From Candidatus Multivoradales bacterium (GTDB taxonomy: Bacteria > Acidobacteriota > Thermoanaerobaculia > Multivoradales > JAHEKO01): DNA of 64,000 nt. The notes beneath the pieces are model-generated. The model saw only the letters and a program-made list of their open reading frames with translations, did no database searches and had not been told where the DNA came from. Location: contig CBDCXM010000008.1 of assembly GCA_965223855.1 (NCBI GenBank), forward strand, positions 352,001-416,000. The letters run 5' to 3'. Shown here one piece after another: positions 39,136 to 50,549 of the stretch (positions are counted from its first letter, which is position 1; every line of letters begins with the position of its first letter). Position numbers and translations under genes: made by a program.

Positions 39136-40248
39136 TCAGGCGCGGCGATAGAACGGCAGCTCGACCACCCGTGCCGGGATCCGCCGGCCTCGGACTTCGA
39201 GCTCGACTTCGGTGCCGGCCGCAGCGCTTGCCGCCTCGACCCTGGCGATCCCGAGCGCCTTCTCGAAGGTCGGGCTGAAGGTCCCTGACGTCACCTTGCC
39301 GACCCTCGCGTCACCGGAGAAGACCGGGCTGCCTTCCCGAGCGATCCCCCGACCCGTCACCTCGAAGCCCGCCAGCAGGTGGTCGACTCCCGCCTCCCGC
39401 TGCTCGACCAGCGCCTCCATGCCGAGGAAGTCTCCCTTGTCGAGCTTGACGGTCCAGTCGAGGCGAGCCTCCCAGGGAGTCGTCGTGGCATCGAGCTCGT
39501 GGCCGTAGAGCGCCATGCCCGCCTCGAGGCGGAGGGTGTCGCGCGCCCCCAGTCCGGCCGGTACGAGCCCCGACTCCGCCCCCTCGTCGATCAGGGCATC
39601 CCACACCTCGGGAGCGTCCTCCGGAGCGAGATAGAGCTCGAAACCGTCCTCGCCGGTGTACCCCGTCCGCGAAAGCAGTGCTTTGCGGCCTGCCACCTCC
39701 CCCTGCTCGAAGCCGTAGTAGCGAATGCCGGCGAGGTCCGACCCGGTGAGCCGCCCGAGGAGCTCGACGGAGCGCGGGCCCTGCAGTGCGAGGAGAGCCG
39801 TGTCGTCCGAAATGTCCTCGACCGTGGCATCCGGCGGGCAGTGACTCTCGACCCAGGCCAGGTCGCTCTCCCGGTTCGCTGCGTTCACCACGAGCATGAA
39901 CTCGCTGCCGCCGAGCCTGTAGACCAGCAGGTCGTCCAGATAGCGGCCGCGCTCGTCGAGCAGGGCGCTGTAGTGCGCGCGACCCACCTTGAGCTTTGCG
40001 ACGTTGTTCGGTGTCAATCGCTGGAGGAACGCTTCGGCACCCTCGCCGGAGACACGGAACTCCCCCATGTGCGACACGTCGAACAGGCCGGCCGCGGAAC
40101 GCACCGCCCGATGCTCGTCCATCACGCCGGCGTACTGGACGGGCATCTCCCAGCCGGCGAACGGCACCATCCGCGCGCCGTGAGCGAGGTGCCGTTCGTA
40201 GAGTGCGGTGCGGCGCAGGAGGTTGTCGTCGGTTGGGGTCGTCGTCAT
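39136..40248 (-). CDS. gcvT: Glycine cleavage aminomethyltransferase T
   Basis: [41 protein letters not shown]. Confidence 0.97.
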   Translation of the reverse strand: MTTTPTDDNLLRRTALYERHLAHGARMVPFAGWEMPVQYAGVMDEHRAVRSAAGLFDVSHMGEFRVSGEGAEAFLQRLTPNNVAKLKVGRAHYSALLDERGRYLDDLLVYRLGGSEFMLVVNAANRESDLAWVESHCPPDATVEDISDDTALLALQGPRSVELLGRLTGSDLAGIRYYGFEQGEVAGRKALLSRTGYTGEDGFELYLAPEDAPEVWDALIDEGAESGLVPAGLGARDTLRLEAGMALYGHELDATTTPWEARLDWTVKLDKGDFLGMEALVEQREAGVDHLLAGFEVTGRGIAREGSPVFSGDARVGKVTSGTFSPTFEKALGIARVEAASAAAGTEVELEVRGRRIPARVVELPFYRRA

Positions 40249-40400
40249 GGCGCGGACCCTATCAGGCGCCCTCACCGTCGTTGGTAAGTGCCAGCATCGC
40301 AGACACTTATGGGAGCCGCCGAATCGGACGAGCGGGAATGTCTGCGGAAAACCGGCGCACCGGCAGGAAACGCGCTGTTTCGTTTCGTAACGAATTCACG

Positions 40401-40520
40401 TAAACTATTGATCTGAAACAACTAACAGCGATTCTACCTGTCGATGGCTGACGGGGCAGTCGATCCGAGCCTTGACACCCTTCGTTCGAAGGACGTCCCT
40501 TTTGCACAGTGTTTTCCACA
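40401..40520. promoter_or_regulatory. IHF-like site plus two DnaA-box matches in an AT-rich intergenic island
   Basis: Minus strand GATCAATAGTTTA (40401-40413), close to WATCAANNNNTTR; TTTTGCACA (40500-40508) and TTTTCCACA (40512-40520) fit TTWTNCACA. Confidence 0.45.
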
Positions 40521-40683
40521 AGCCCGAACGGCTCTCCAAAGGAGGCCAAACCAGCATGGACAAAGAGAATTCCGAGCGCTTCCAGCTCCATGACTGATGG
40601 ACCGCAGCGAGGCCCGCTCTTCCGGTAAGACCGGCGGCGGCTCTCTCGCTGGTGGACCGCAGGTGGAGGAAGACGCCGAGCGA

Positions 40684-41835
40684 TCAGGCCGCCGCAGGAA
40701 GGCGCGTGCGACCGGCGACGACGTCGAGCTCGCGAGCGAAGTCGCTCGCCACCCGGCTCCACGACAACGGCTCGACAGCGCCGCGCGCTCTCTCCCCCCA
40801 CGTACGCCAGAGCGCCCGTGGCAGCGAGCCGACACGGCGTGTCGCCCGGATGAACGCCTCCCGATCGCCCGAATCGACCGTCACACCGTTCTCGCCATCG
40901 ACGACCAGCTCCCCGGCCGCCGCCTCGGCGAAGGCGACCACCGGCACTCCACTGGCCATCGCCTCCGGGACGACGTTGCCGTAGGTCTCGGTCAGGCTCG
41001 GGAAGAGCAACAGGTCGGCGGAGGCGTAGGCCTCGGCCAGCGCGGTTCCCCTCAGGACACCGGTGAAGGTGACATCGCGGTGGCACTCCCGCAGCCGAGA
41101 CGTCTCGGGCCCGCCTCCGACCAGAACGAGACGGGCTTCGGGGAGCCGGTCCTGCAGCGCGCGGAACGCCTCGACGGCCAGGTCGATGTTCTTTTCCGGC
41201 GCCATCCGTCCCACGTGCAGCACGATCGGGGCGTGCTCTGCGCCGCTCCATTCGCGCCGCAACGTCTCCGATCGCCGGTCGGGCCGGAACAGCTCCCCAT
41301 CGATCCCCCGTCCGGAGCAGACGACGCGCTCGAAGCCGCGCTCCTCGAGCTGCCCCCGGAGCTCCCGCGTCGGGACAAAGGTCCGATCGGCGCGATTGTG
41401 GAACCAGCGCAAGTACCGGGACACCAGTGTCTCGGCGATGCGGGCTCCGTAGTGACCGGTGTAGCTGTCGAAGCGGGTGTGGAAAGTGGTCGTCCACGGC
41501 AGACCGAGCCTTCCCGCAGCGATCGAAGCGGCGAGACCGAGCGGCCCGGGGGTCGAGACGTGGACGACGTCGGGGCGGTTCGTCCGCCAGAGGCCGGAGA
41601 GCTTGCGAGGGCAGAACTCCCCGAAGGAGAGCTCGGGGTAGCGGGGAATCGGGCGTCCCCGCACCAGCCTGACCTCGAACCGCCGATCGAAGTAGTGCAC
41701 CTCGCGCCTCTGTCGCGGACGGACGATCTCGACATCGACGCCGAGGTCGGCGAGGCAGGTCGCCAGCGAGTGAACCGTTCGGGCGACGCCGTTCACTTCG
41801 GGCGGGAAGGTTTCGGTCACGAGAGAAAGTCGCAT
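40684..41835 (-). CDS. Glycosyltransferase family 4
   Basis: MRLSLVTETFPPEVNGVA, VGRMAPEKN, FPSLTETYGNVVPEAMASG. Confidence 0.92.
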   Translation of the reverse strand: MRLSLVTETFPPEVNGVARTVHSLATCLADLGVDVEIVRPRQRREVHYFDRRFEVRLVRGRPIPRYPELSFGEFCPRKLSGLWRTNRPDVVHVSTPGPLGLAASIAAGRLGLPWTTTFHTRFDSYTGHYGARIAETLVSRYLRWFHNRADRTFVPTRELRGQLEERGFERVVCSGRGIDGELFRPDRRSETLRREWSGAEHAPIVLHVGRMAPEKNIDLAVEAFRALQDRLPEARLVLVGGGPETSRLRECHRDVTFTGVLRGTALAEAYASADLLLFPSLTETYGNVVPEAMASGVPVVAFAEAAAGELVVDGENGVTVDSGDREAFIRATRRVGSLPRALWRTWGERARGAVEPLSWSRVASDFARELDVVAGRTRLPAAA

Positions 41836-42341
41836 CACAGAGAGACTCCGAGCCAGGCGACGCAGGCGCCGAACAGGGCACCGCTCAGGACATCGCTGGG
41901 ATAGTGCAGGCCGAGGGCGACTCGCGACAGGGCGATCGCCGCCGCCAGCGGAAGAAGGAGGATCGCGAGCCAGGGAAGCTGCGCGGTCAGGACAAACGTG
42001 AAGGCCACTGCGTGCATCGTGTGGCCCGAGGGAAAGGCGTACGGGTCGAGCGGCGCCACCGTACAGACGATCCGCTGCTCGACGACGAACGGTCGGGGCC
42101 GTGCCGTCGCCGACTTGATGAGGCGATAGCTCAGATGGTTCACGACACCGACGGCGGCGAGCCGAACTGCGAGGTCCCATGAGCCGTAGAGTGGTGAGAG
42201 GAGAGTCGCCGCAACCCAGAGCGGCCCGTCTCCGACCCGGCTCGCCAGGCCGAAAAGACGGCGCCCCCTTCCCGACACCGACTCGTGAAACCGGGTGCAC
42301 AGAGAGGAATCGAAGCTCTGAAGTCGAGCCCAGGCGGTCAC
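41835..42341 (-). CDS. PAP2-family phosphatase
   Basis: KSATARPRP, FPSGH, SRVALGLHYPSD. Confidence 0.92.
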   Translation of the reverse strand: MTAWARLQSFDSSLCTRFHESVSGRGRRLFGLASRVGDGPLWVAATLLSPLYGSWDLAVRLAAVGVVNHLSYRLIKSATARPRPFVVEQRIVCTVAPLDPYAFPSGHTMHAVAFTFVLTAQLPWLAILLLPLAAAIALSRVALGLHYPSDVLSGALFGACVAWLGVSL

Positions 42342-42435
42342 GGCGTCGTCTCCACGCGAGAAAGATAGGAGCGACCGGTGACGTCGCCGCGAAGACGCTG
42401 CGACGGTCCCGCTTCGAGACTACGGCGATGTGGCG

Positions 42436-44715
42436 TCAGGAACCGGGAAGCTGCCGCCAGGCGCCGCCGGTCTGGAGCAAAAGCTTCTGTGCGTCGACCT
42501 TCGAGCCCTCTCGCGGCACCGGCTCGTAGCTGCCGTCAGGCAGCAGCCGCCTCGCCTTGCGATTGTCGGCGACGTGGCGGAGTAGGACGTCGTCGCGCAG
42601 GGCTGCCCTGAGGGCCTCGTTCTCGATCGGGAACAGCACCTCGACCCGGCCGTCGAGATTGCGCGGCATCAGGTCGGCACTGCCGAGCAGCAACTCCTCC
42701 TCGCCGCCGTTCCTGAAGTAGTACATCCGCGCGTGCTCGAGGAAGCGCCCGACGATCGACGTCACCCGGATGTTCTCGGAGACGCCGTCGACGCCCGGGC
42801 GCAGGCAGCAGATGCCTCGTACCTGCAGCTCGATCTCCACTCCGGCCTGCGATGCCTTGTAGAGCGCCTTGATGCACTTCTGATCGACCAGCGAGTTCAT
42901 CTTGAACACCAGCCGGCCGCCGCCCTGCTGCTTGTGTACCGCCACCTCACGCTCGATCCGCGCCAGCAGGGCGTTGCGCATCTCCTGCGGCGCGACGATC
43001 AACTTGCGGTAGTCGTGCTTCTGCGAGTAGCCGGTGATCGCGTTGAAGAGGTCCGAGACATCTTCACCGACTTCCGGGTCGTCGGTGAACAGTCCGAGGT
43101 CGGTGTAGATGCGGGCCGTGATCGGGTTGTAGTTGCCGGTTCCGAGGTGGACGTAGCGCCGGATCCCGTCCTCCTCCCGGCGCACCACCAGACAGATCTT
43201 TGCGTGGGTCTTGAGCCCCATCAGTCCGTAGACCACGTGAACGCCCGCCTCTTCGAGGGCGCGAGCCCAGACGATGTTGCGCTCCTCGTCGAAGCGAGCC
43301 TTGAGCTCCACCATCGCCGAGACCTGCTTGCCGTTCTGCCGCGCGTGCATCAGCGCTCGCACGATCGGCGAGTTGGCGCCGACCCTGTAGAGCGTCTGCT
43401 TGATCGCCACGACGTCCGGGTCGGAGGCGGCCTCCTCGAGGAACCGCACGACCGGCTGGAAACTGTCGTACGGATGGAAGACGACGATGTCCGAGCTGCG
43501 GATGGCTTCGAACATCGACTCCTCAGGGGCCAGCGCCGGGTGGAGGGTCGGCTGAAACGGCGCTTCCTTGAGCTCCGGAAAGTCGAGATCGTAGAGCTCC
43601 ATCAGGCCCGAGAGCCCCACCGGCCCGGTGGTATCGAACACCTGATACTCCTGGAGTCCCAGGTTGTGAACGAGCAGGTCGCGCACCCGCTGGGGAGCAT
43701 CCGCCTCGATCTCCAGCCGGATCGCCGAGCCGAAGTGACGCCGTTCGACGACGTCGGCCATCGCGGTCAGGAGGTCTCCCGCCTCGTCCTCTTCGATGTC
43801 GAGGTCGGCGTCGCGGGTGACGCGAAACGTGTAGGCGTCCCGGATCTCGATCCCCGGGAAGAGCAGATCGAGGTTCGCGGCGATCAGGTCCTCCAGAAAC
43901 ACCAGCCGGACCCGCGGAACGCCGTCCCCCGGAAGCAGCGGCGCCCGCTCGTCCGTGACCTCGAGGAACCTAGGCAGACTCAGTGGCACCTTGACGCGCG
44001 CGAAGCGCTCGATCTCGTCGTCCTCGAGGACGACGGCGAGGTTGAGCGAGAGACTCGAGATGTGCGGAAACGGATGGGCGGTATCCACCGCCAACGGCGT
44101 CAGGATCGGCGAGATCTCGGTGCGGAAGCGCTCCCGCAGACGCTCCTGCTCCCCCGGTTCGAGAGCGGCGAAGGTCGCGAACGAGACGCCCGCCTCCGAC
44201 AGCTTCGCTCTCACCTCTTCCCAGCACCGGCGACAGCGCTTCAGGAGCGGCTCGAGCCGCTCGCGGATCGCCGACATCTGCGCGATCGGCGTCATCCCGT
44301 CCGGCGGCGCAGTGACGACGCCGGTCTGCATCTGCCGCCGCAGTCCCGAGACCCTGACCATGAAGAACTCGTCGAGGTTGGAGCCGAAGATCGACAGGAA
44401 CTTCGCCCGATCGAGCAGCGGCGTCTTGCCCGACTCCGCCTCCTCCAGTACCCGCTCGTTGAACGCCAGCCAGGAGAGCTCGCGGTTCAGGTAGTAGGTC
44501 GAGTGTCCGAGCTTGCGCTTGGGCTTGGGCTTGGGTTGCGGCTCGGGCCTGGCTTGGGACGCGGCCCTGGCCTCTTTCTTCGGCCCGTCGGACTCCTCGG
44601 TCGAAGCGGCCATCTCGGGCGAGAGCTCGCTCGAGGACGCATTCGCAGGCTCCTCCCGGGCGGCGATGGCCGCCGGGATCGGCTCGGGAGCGGACTCGGG
44701 TCTCGTCTTGGACAT
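42436..44715 (-). CDS. ppk1: Polyphosphate kinase 1
   Basis: NRELSWLAFNERVL, HPYDSF, ELKARFDE, KTHAK, GRFLEH. Confidence 0.97.
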   Translation of the reverse strand: MSKTRPESAPEPIPAAIAAREEPANASSSELSPEMAASTEESDGPKKEARAASQARPEPQPKPKPKRKLGHSTYYLNRELSWLAFNERVLEEAESGKTPLLDRAKFLSIFGSNLDEFFMVRVSGLRRQMQTGVVTAPPDGMTPIAQMSAIRERLEPLLKRCRRCWEEVRAKLSEAGVSFATFAALEPGEQERLRERFRTEISPILTPLAVDTAHPFPHISSLSLNLAVVLEDDEIERFARVKVPLSLPRFLEVTDERAPLLPGDGVPRVRLVFLEDLIAANLDLLFPGIEIRDAYTFRVTRDADLDIEEDEAGDLLTAMADVVERRHFGSAIRLEIEADAPQRVRDLLVHNLGLQEYQVFDTTGPVGLSGLMELYDLDFPELKEAPFQPTLHPALAPEESMFEAIRSSDIVVFHPYDSFQPVVRFLEEAASDPDVVAIKQTLYRVGANSPIVRALMHARQNGKQVSAMVELKARFDEERNIVWARALEEAGVHVVYGLMGLKTHAKICLVVRREEDGIRRYVHLGTGNYNPITARIYTDLGLFTDDPEVGEDVSDLFNAITGYSQKHDYRKLIVAPQEMRNALLARIEREVAVHKQQGGGRLVFKMNSLVDQKCIKALYKASQAGVEIELQVRGICCLRPGVDGVSENIRVTSIVGRFLEHARMYYFRNGGEEELLLGSADLMPRNLDGRVEVLFPIENEALRAALRDDVLLRHVADNRKARRLLPDGSYEPVPREGSKVDAQKLLLQTGGAWRQLPGS

Positions 44716-44773
44716 GGCGAAGCCACGTATTGTCTCGCACTTCGGCCGGAGGGCGTGTTACAACCACGGGACG

Positions 44774-45322
44774 ATGGCCCCTCGACGCCTCCTGCTGCTT
44801 CGGCACGGCAAATCCGACTGGCATGCAGACTACGGCAGCGATCACGATCGTCCGCTGGCTCCGCGAGGGGAGCGTGCCGCCGATCTCGTCGGCCGATGGC
44901 TGCGGCGGGCCGGGAGGATTCCCGATCTCGCGCTCACCTCGAGCGCCCGCCGTGCCCGCGACACCGTCTATCGGGCGGCGACGAGCGGCGAATGGCCGTG
45001 CGAGATTCGAGAGCTCGACGAGCTCTACATGACTTCGGCGGCCGGCGCACTCGCCGTGGCGGCCGGAACGCCCGCGGAGATCGACACGCTCCTCCTCGCC
45101 GGTCACCAGCCGACCCTTTCGTCTCTCGCAGCCCTCGCGATCGGCGGCGGCGAGGTACGCATGCCGACGGCGGGCCTCGCCTGTCTGCGACTCGAGTCGG
45201 GCGGCATCGGGCACGGCGACTGGGCCGCGGCTCGGCCGGGCGCCTTCGTCCTCGAGTGGCACGTGATTCCGAGGTTGCTCGAAGCGGTCGAGTCGAGCGC
45301 CGAGAACGAACCGAAGGACTGA
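44774..45322 (+). CDS. sixA: SixA-like histidine phosphatase
   Basis: LLRHGKS, DHDRPL..RG, GHQP. Confidence 0.85.
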   Translation: MAPRRLLLLRHGKSDWHADYGSDHDRPLAPRGERAADLVGRWLRRAGRIPDLALTSSARRARDTVYRAATSGEWPCEIRELDELYMTSAAGALAVAAGTPAEIDTLLLAGHQPTLSSLAALAIGGGEVRMPTAGLACLRLESGGIGHGDWAAARPGAFVLEWHVIPRLLEAVESSAENEPKD

Positions 45323-45402
45323 GGCAGCGAGAGCCCCGGCGACGAAGGCCGGAGTCGCGAAGAAGGGGACGGCGAAGGAGGCTCGCTGAGCCTCCGGCGA
45401 CG

Positions 45403-46923
45403 TCAGTCGGCTCGCGTCGCGGTCGAGACGGCCTCGACGACGAGCGGTCGACCGAACGCGGCGTCGAACAGCTCGGCGTGCTGGCCCGCCTCCCACAGCT
45501 CGACGGTCGGAGTCTCGGCAGCGGTGAGCAACAGGCGAACCGCGTCCTCTTCCACCCTCACCTCGACATTCGAGACCCTTCCGGCGCGGCTGCGTTCGAG
45601 GCTCTCCGCCATCCGCAGGCAGGCGGTCATCTGCTGCAGGCTGAGGAGGTCCTCTTCCTCGAGAATCTCCTCGTAGCCGAGGATCTTCGGCGTCCCCTTG
45701 CGGTGGTAGCGCACCAGCAACGCCAGCAGTACCTGCTCACGATGCGAGAAGCCGGGGAGGCCTGCCGAGGTGATCACGTAGGCGCCGTGCTTGTGGTGCC
45801 GGTAGTAGTCGAGTTGCGTGCCGATGTCGTGGAGTGCCGAAGCCGCCGCCAGCAGCTCGAGATCGCGGTCGCCGAGCTCGTGGAGCGGCGACAGTCCGTG
45901 GAACAGGGCACGGCTCAGCGTCGCCACACGATCGGTGTGCTCGAGCGGCTGCCGGTGCCGCGCGGCGAGGTTGGAGACGGTGAAGCGCCGAACGTCGTCG
46001 ACAAGGTGCGGAGGCGGCAGGAAGTGCCGATACATCGCCCCCTCCCGCACCCCGTGCCCCGAAATCTCGATCGCCTCGAGCCCCGCGTTGCGAACGATCC
46101 AGCGGTAGACGAGAGCGCCCGCCACGAAGATGTCGGCCCGGTACGGCCGGATACCCGCGGTCTGGATCCGCTCCTCGAGCGTCATCGCCAACAGCTCCTC
46201 GGTGATCGTCTCGAGCCCCTCACGGGTGAAGCGGTAGCCATGGAGCACCGCCAGCGGATAGTTGCGCCGCTTCATCTCGAGGCGGGCCAGGTTGCGAACC
46301 GTGCCGCCCATGCCGATGAGGGGCAGCTCCGAGGCCTTCATGCGCGCCATCAGCGGCCCGAGGTGATCGGCGACGAAGCCCTCGAGTGCCGCGACCTCGA
46401 CGGCCGACGGCGGGTCGCTCGCGAGGAAGCTCTCGGTCAGACGCACCGCTCCCAGCGGGTACGAGGCGCCGTTCTTGTAACGCCGATCCTCCATGCGCGC
46501 TATCTGCGCGCTGCCGCCGCCAAGATCCATCACCCAGCCGTCGTCGACGTCGAAGCCGTTGGCCGCCGCCAGGACTCCCAGCTCGGCCTCCTCGGTGCCC
46601 TCGAGCACCCTGACCGCGAAGCCCTGCCGCTCGATCGGACCGAGCACCTCTTCGCGGTTCGAAGCGTCGCGCACCGCGCTCGTAGCAAGGATCTCGAGGT
46701 CGTCGAGATGGGTCGCACGGGCGAAGTCCTCGAACAGCTCGACCGCCGCGAGCGCTCGACCGACCGCCGCCGCCGTCAGGCGGCCGTCGCGGGCCAGTCC
46801 CTCTCCGAGGCGTACCGGCTCACGGATCGCCTCGACCATCCGCACGCTCGATTCCTCCTCGAACTCGAACACGACGAGACGTGCGGTGTTCGAGCCGAGG
46901 TCGGCGATACCGACCCTTCGCAC
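45403..46923 (-). CDS. ppx: Exopolyphosphatase Ppx/GppA with HD domain
   Basis: [30 protein letters not shown]. Confidence 0.93.
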   Translation of the reverse strand: MRRVGIADLGSNTARLVVFEFEEESSVRMVEAIREPVRLGEGLARDGRLTAAAVGRALAAVELFEDFARATHLDDLEILATSAVRDASNREEVLGPIERQGFAVRVLEGTEEAELGVLAAANGFDVDDGWVMDLGGGSAQIARMEDRRYKNGASYPLGAVRLTESFLASDPPSAVEVAALEGFVADHLGPLMARMKASELPLIGMGGTVRNLARLEMKRRNYPLAVLHGYRFTREGLETITEELLAMTLEERIQTAGIRPYRADIFVAGALVYRWIVRNAGLEAIEISGHGVREGAMYRHFLPPPHLVDDVRRFTVSNLAARHRQPLEHTDRVATLSRALFHGLSPLHELGDRDLELLAAASALHDIGTQLDYYRHHKHGAYVITSAGLPGFSHREQVLLALLVRYHRKGTPKILGYEEILEEEDLLSLQQMTACLRMAESLERSRAGRVSNVEVRVEEDAVRLLLTAAETPTVELWEAGQHAELFDAAFGRPLVVEAVSTATRAD

Positions 46924-47090
46924 GCGCCAGTTATACACCACCCCGGCGGTCCTTCCGGCGCCGCTTCTCTGCTAGCCTCGGAAGCGTCCTTCGACGCCCG
47001 CCGCGCGCCCTCGGCGCGCCCCCGGTCGGCAGGACCGACCGCCTCCCCGGGGCGCCATTCGGCAGCGTCTTCTTCACGACGGGAATCCCC

Positions 47091-50000
47091 ATGACCGACT
47101 CCGCGAACGAGAGCTACAAGCCCCGCCATCCGATTCGAATCGTCACGGCCGCGTCGCTCTTCGACGGCCACGACGCCGCCATCAACATCATGCGGCGGAT
47201 CCTCCAGGCGTCGGGGGCGGAGGTGATTCACCTCGGCCACAACCGGTCGGTCGCGGAGATCGTCAACTGCGCGATCCAGGAGGACGTGCAGGCGGTCGCC
47301 ATCACCTCCTATCAGGGCGGCCACATCGAGTACTTCCGGTACATGCACGATCTGCTGCGCGAGGCGGGTACCGACATCAAGATCTTCGGCGGCGGCGGCG
47401 GCACCATCCTCCCCTCGGAGATCGAAGAGCTTCACGACTACGGCATCGCCCGGATCTACTCGCCCGACGACGGCCGCAAGCTCGGGCTTCAGGGGATGAT
47501 CGACGACCTGCTCGAGCAGTGCGACTTCCCCACCATCACGCCGCCGCTCGACGGCCATGTGTCGACGCTGCCGAAGGGCGACGCGCGATCGATCGGCCAG
47601 CTCATCTCGCTGGCCGAGAACTACCCCGAGGAATCGCGGGCACTGACCGCAGCCCTCCAGCCGATGCTCGAAGAGAAGAGCGTCCCGGTGCTCGGCATCA
47701 CCGGCACGGGCGGTGCCGGCAAGTCGTCGCTCGTCGACGAACTGGTGCGGCGCTTCCTCGTCGACTTCGACGACAAGCGGATCGCCGTCATCTCGGTCGA
47801 TCCGTCCAAGCGGCGCAGCGGCGGCGCGCTCCTGGGCGATCGCATCCGGATGAACTCGATCGACCACCCGCGCGCCTACATGCGCTCTCTGGCGACGCGC
47901 CAGTCGAATCTGGCCCTGTCGAAGCACGTTCAGGCGGCGATCGACATCGTCAAGGCGGCCAACTTCGACCTCGTCATCGTCGAGACGTCAGGCATCGGCC
48001 AGTCCGACACCGAGATCGTCGAGCACTCCGACGTCTCTCTCTACGTGATGACCGCCGAGTACGGCGCCGCGACCCAGCTCGAGAAGATCGACATGCTCGA
48101 CTTCGCCGACGTCATCGCGATCAACAAGTTCGACAAGCGCGGCTCGCTCGACGCTCTGCGCGACGTCCGCAAGCAGGTGCAGCGCAACCGCAACAGCTTC
48201 GACACCGCGCCAGAGGATCTGCCGATCTACGGCACCATCGCCTCGCAGTTCTCTGATCCCGGCACCAACCGTCTCTACCGCGTGCTGATGGACGCTCTGG
48301 TCGAGAAGACCGGGGCACCGCTCGAGTCGAGCTTCGAGATCACCGAGGCGATGAGCGAGAAGCGCGCCCTGATTCCTCCGGAGCGGGTGCGCTATCTGGC
48401 GGAGATCTGCGAGGAGAGCGAGCGCTACGACGCCTTCGTGCGCGAACAGTCGAACCTCGCCCGGCGGATGTACCAGCTTTCGGGCACGATCGAAGTGCTG
48501 CGCGCCAACCTCGGCAGGAAGACGCTCGAGGTGGTCGAGCCGTCGGAGGGGACCGAAGACTCGACCGTCCACGTCATCCAGCGTGAGGAGAGCGAGCCGG
48601 AGTATCTGGGCGACCTGATCGAGCGCTACAACGAGCTCGAAGCGCGGCTCGACCCCGACTGCCGCCGCCTGCTCGCGGAGTGGCCGGCGACGGTCGAGCG
48701 CTACAAGGCGGACCAGTACCGGTTCGAGGTTCGCGGCAAGGTGATCGAGCAGAGCCTCTATCGCGAATCGCTGTCGCACCTCAGGATCCCGCGCGTCTCC
48801 CTCCCCCGCTACAGGGACTGGGGCGACATCCTCCGCTGGCTCCTGACCGAGAACGCGCCGGGGATGTTCCCATACGCCGCCGGGGTCTTCCCGCTCAAAC
48901 GGCAGGGGGAGGACCCGGCTCGGATGTTCGCCGGCGAGGGCGGCCCGGAGCGGACCAACAAGCGCTTCCACTACCTCTCGCGCGGCATGCCGGCGAAGCG
49001 GCTCTCGACCGCCTTCGACTCGGTCACCCTCTACGGCGAGAACCCGGATCCGCGCCCGGACATCTACGGCAAGGTCGGCAACTCCGGCGTCTCGATCGCC
49101 ACGGTCGACGACGCCAAGAAGCTCTACTCCGGCTTCGATCTCGCCGACCCCACGACCTCGGTGTCGATGACGATCAACGGCCCGGCGCCGATGATCCTCG
49201 CCTTCTTCATGAACGCCGCCATCGACCAGCAGTGCGAGCGCTACGTCCGCGAGCAGGGGCTCGAGCGGGAGATCGACGACAAGATCGACCGGCTCTATGC
49301 CGCCCGCGACGCCGGGCGTCCGCGCTACCAGGGGGAGCTGCCGGAGGGCAACGACGGGCTCGGCCTGCTGCTGCTCGGTGTCTCCGGCGACGAGGTGCTC
49401 CCGCGCGAGACCTACGAGCAACTGAAGGCCGAGGCGCTCACCCGGGTACGCGGCACCGTGCAGGCGGACATCCTCAAGGAGGACCAGGCCCAGAACACCT
49501 GCATCTTCTCGACCGAGTTCGCGCTACGAATGATGGGCGACATCCAGGAGTCGTTCACCCGCAACCGGGTGCGCAACTTCTACTCGGTGTCGATCTCCGG
49601 TTACCACATCGCCGAGGCGGGGGCGAACCCGATCAGCCAGGTGGCGTTCACGCTGGCGAACGGCTTCACCTTCGTCGAGTACTACCTGGCGCGTGGGCTC
49701 GACATCGACGACTTCGCGCCGAACCTGTCGTTCTTCTTCTCCAACGGGCTCGATCCGGAGTACGCGGTCATCGGGCGGGTGGCGAGGAGGATCTGGGCGA
49801 AGGCGATCCGGCACCGCTATGGCGGCAACTCGAGGTCGCAGAAGCTCAAGTACCACATCCAGACCTCGGGCCGGTCGCTCCACGCCCAGGAGATCGCCTT
49901 CAACGACATCCGCACCACGCTGCAGGCGCTCTACGCTCTCTACGACAACTGCAACTCGCTTCACACCAACGCCTACGACGAGGCGATCACGACGCCCACT

Positions 50001-50549
50001 GAGGAGAGTGTCCGCCGGGCGCTGGCGATCCAGTTGATCATCAACAAGGAGCTCGGGCTCTCCTTCAACGAGAACCCGCTCCAGGGCTCGTTCATCATCG
50101 AGGAGCTGACCGAACTCGTCGAGGAGGCGGTGCTCGCCGAGTTCCGGCGCATCTCCGAGCGCGGCGGCGTCCTCGGAGCGATGGAGCGGATGTACCAGCG
50201 CACCCGGATCCAGGAGGAGTCGCTCTACTACGAGTCGCTCAAGCACTCCGGCGAGCTGCCGATCGTCGGCGTCAACACCTTCCTCGATCCGCAGGGCTCG
50301 CCGACCGTGCTGCCGGCGGAGGTGATCCGCGCCACCACCGAGGAGAAGCGGTACGCGATCGAGTCGCTCGAGGCGTTCCACGAGCGCAACGCCGAGACGG
50401 CCCCGGAAGCACTCGACAGCCTGCGGCGCGCGGCGATCGAGAACGGCAACCTCTTCGACACTCTCCTCGAGGTCACCAGGGTCTGCAGTCTCGGCCAGAT
50501 CTCGGGCGCGCTCTACGAAGTCGGCGGCCGCTACCGCCGCAACATGTAG
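47091..50549 (+). CDS. icmF: Fused isobutyryl-CoA mutase/GTPase IcmF
   Basis: N-terminal B12-binding domain ([12 protein letters not shown]), MeaB-like GTPase (GTGGAGKSS), mutase barrel with PARMFAGEG (Phe specificity residue). Confidence 0.95.
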   Translation: MTDSANESYKPRHPIRIVTAASLFDGHDAAINIMRRILQASGAEVIHLGHNRSVAEIVNCAIQEDVQAVAITSYQGGHIEYFRYMHDLLREAGTDIKIFGGGGGTILPSEIEELHDYGIARIYSPDDGRKLGLQGMIDDLLEQCDFPTITPPLDGHVSTLPKGDARSIGQLISLAENYPEESRALTAALQPMLEEKSVPVLGITGTGGAGKSSLVDELVRRFLVDFDDKRIAVISVDPSKRRSGGALLGDRIRMNSIDHPRAYMRSLATRQSNLALSKHVQAAIDIVKAANFDLVIVETSGIGQSDTEIVEHSDVSLYVMTAEYGAATQLEKIDMLDFADVIAINKFDKRGSLDALRDVRKQVQRNRNSFDTAPEDLPIYGTIASQFSDPGTNRLYRVLMDALVEKTGAPLESSFEITEAMSEKRALIPPERVRYLAEICEESERYDAFVREQSNLARRMYQLSGTIEVLRANLGRKTLEVVEPSEGTEDSTVHVIQREESEPEYLGDLIERYNELEARLDPDCRRLLAEWPATVERYKADQYRFEVRGKVIEQSLYRESLSHLRIPRVSLPRYRDWGDILRWLLTENAPGMFPYAAGVFPLKRQGEDPARMFAGEGGPERTNKRFHYLSRGMPAKRLSTAFDSVTLYGENPDPRPDIYGKVGNSGVSIATVDDAKKLYSGFDLADPTTSVSMTINGPAPMILAFFMNAAIDQQCERYVREQGLEREIDDKIDRLYAARDAGRPRYQGELPEGNDGLGLLLLGVSGDEVLPRETYEQLKAEALTRVRGTVQADILKEDQAQNTCIFSTEFALRMMGDIQESFTRNRVRNFYSVSISGYHIAEAGANPISQVAFTLANGFTFVEYYLARGLDIDDFAPNLSFFFSNGLDPEYAVIGRVARRIWAKAIRHRYGGNSRSQKLKYHIQTSGRSLHAQEIAFNDIRTTLQALYALYDNCNSLHTNAYDEAITTPTEESVRRALAIQLIINKELGLSFNENPLQGSFIIEELTELVEEAVLAEFRRISERGGVLGAMERMYQRTRIQEESLYYESLKHSGELPIVGVNTFLDPQGSPTVLPAEVIRATTEEKRYAIESLEAFHERNAETAPEALDSLRRAAIENGNLFDTLLEVTRVCSLGQISGALYEVGGRYRRNM

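Noticed and set aside
40379-40406. dif site (TCACGTAAACT resembles a XerD arm)
   Set aside because: The XerC arm is poor and the spacer is off by one; an IHF-like site explains the sequence better.
40249-40683. Glycine riboswitch upstream of gcvT
   Set aside because: A GGAGAG is present, but the GCCGAAG and CTCAGG core elements were not found.
40597-41904. 435-aa + strand ORF coupled to the micro-ORF
   Set aside because: Almost entirely antisense to the GT4 gene; shadow-like composition.
42342-42435. Pho box upstream of PAP2
   Set aside because: Only weak GTC-type half sites; not distinguishable from background in GC-rich DNA.
42733-47094. 1453-aa + strand ORF
   Set aside because: Antisense shadow of ppk1/ppx caused by high-GC codon bias; no recognisable motifs.
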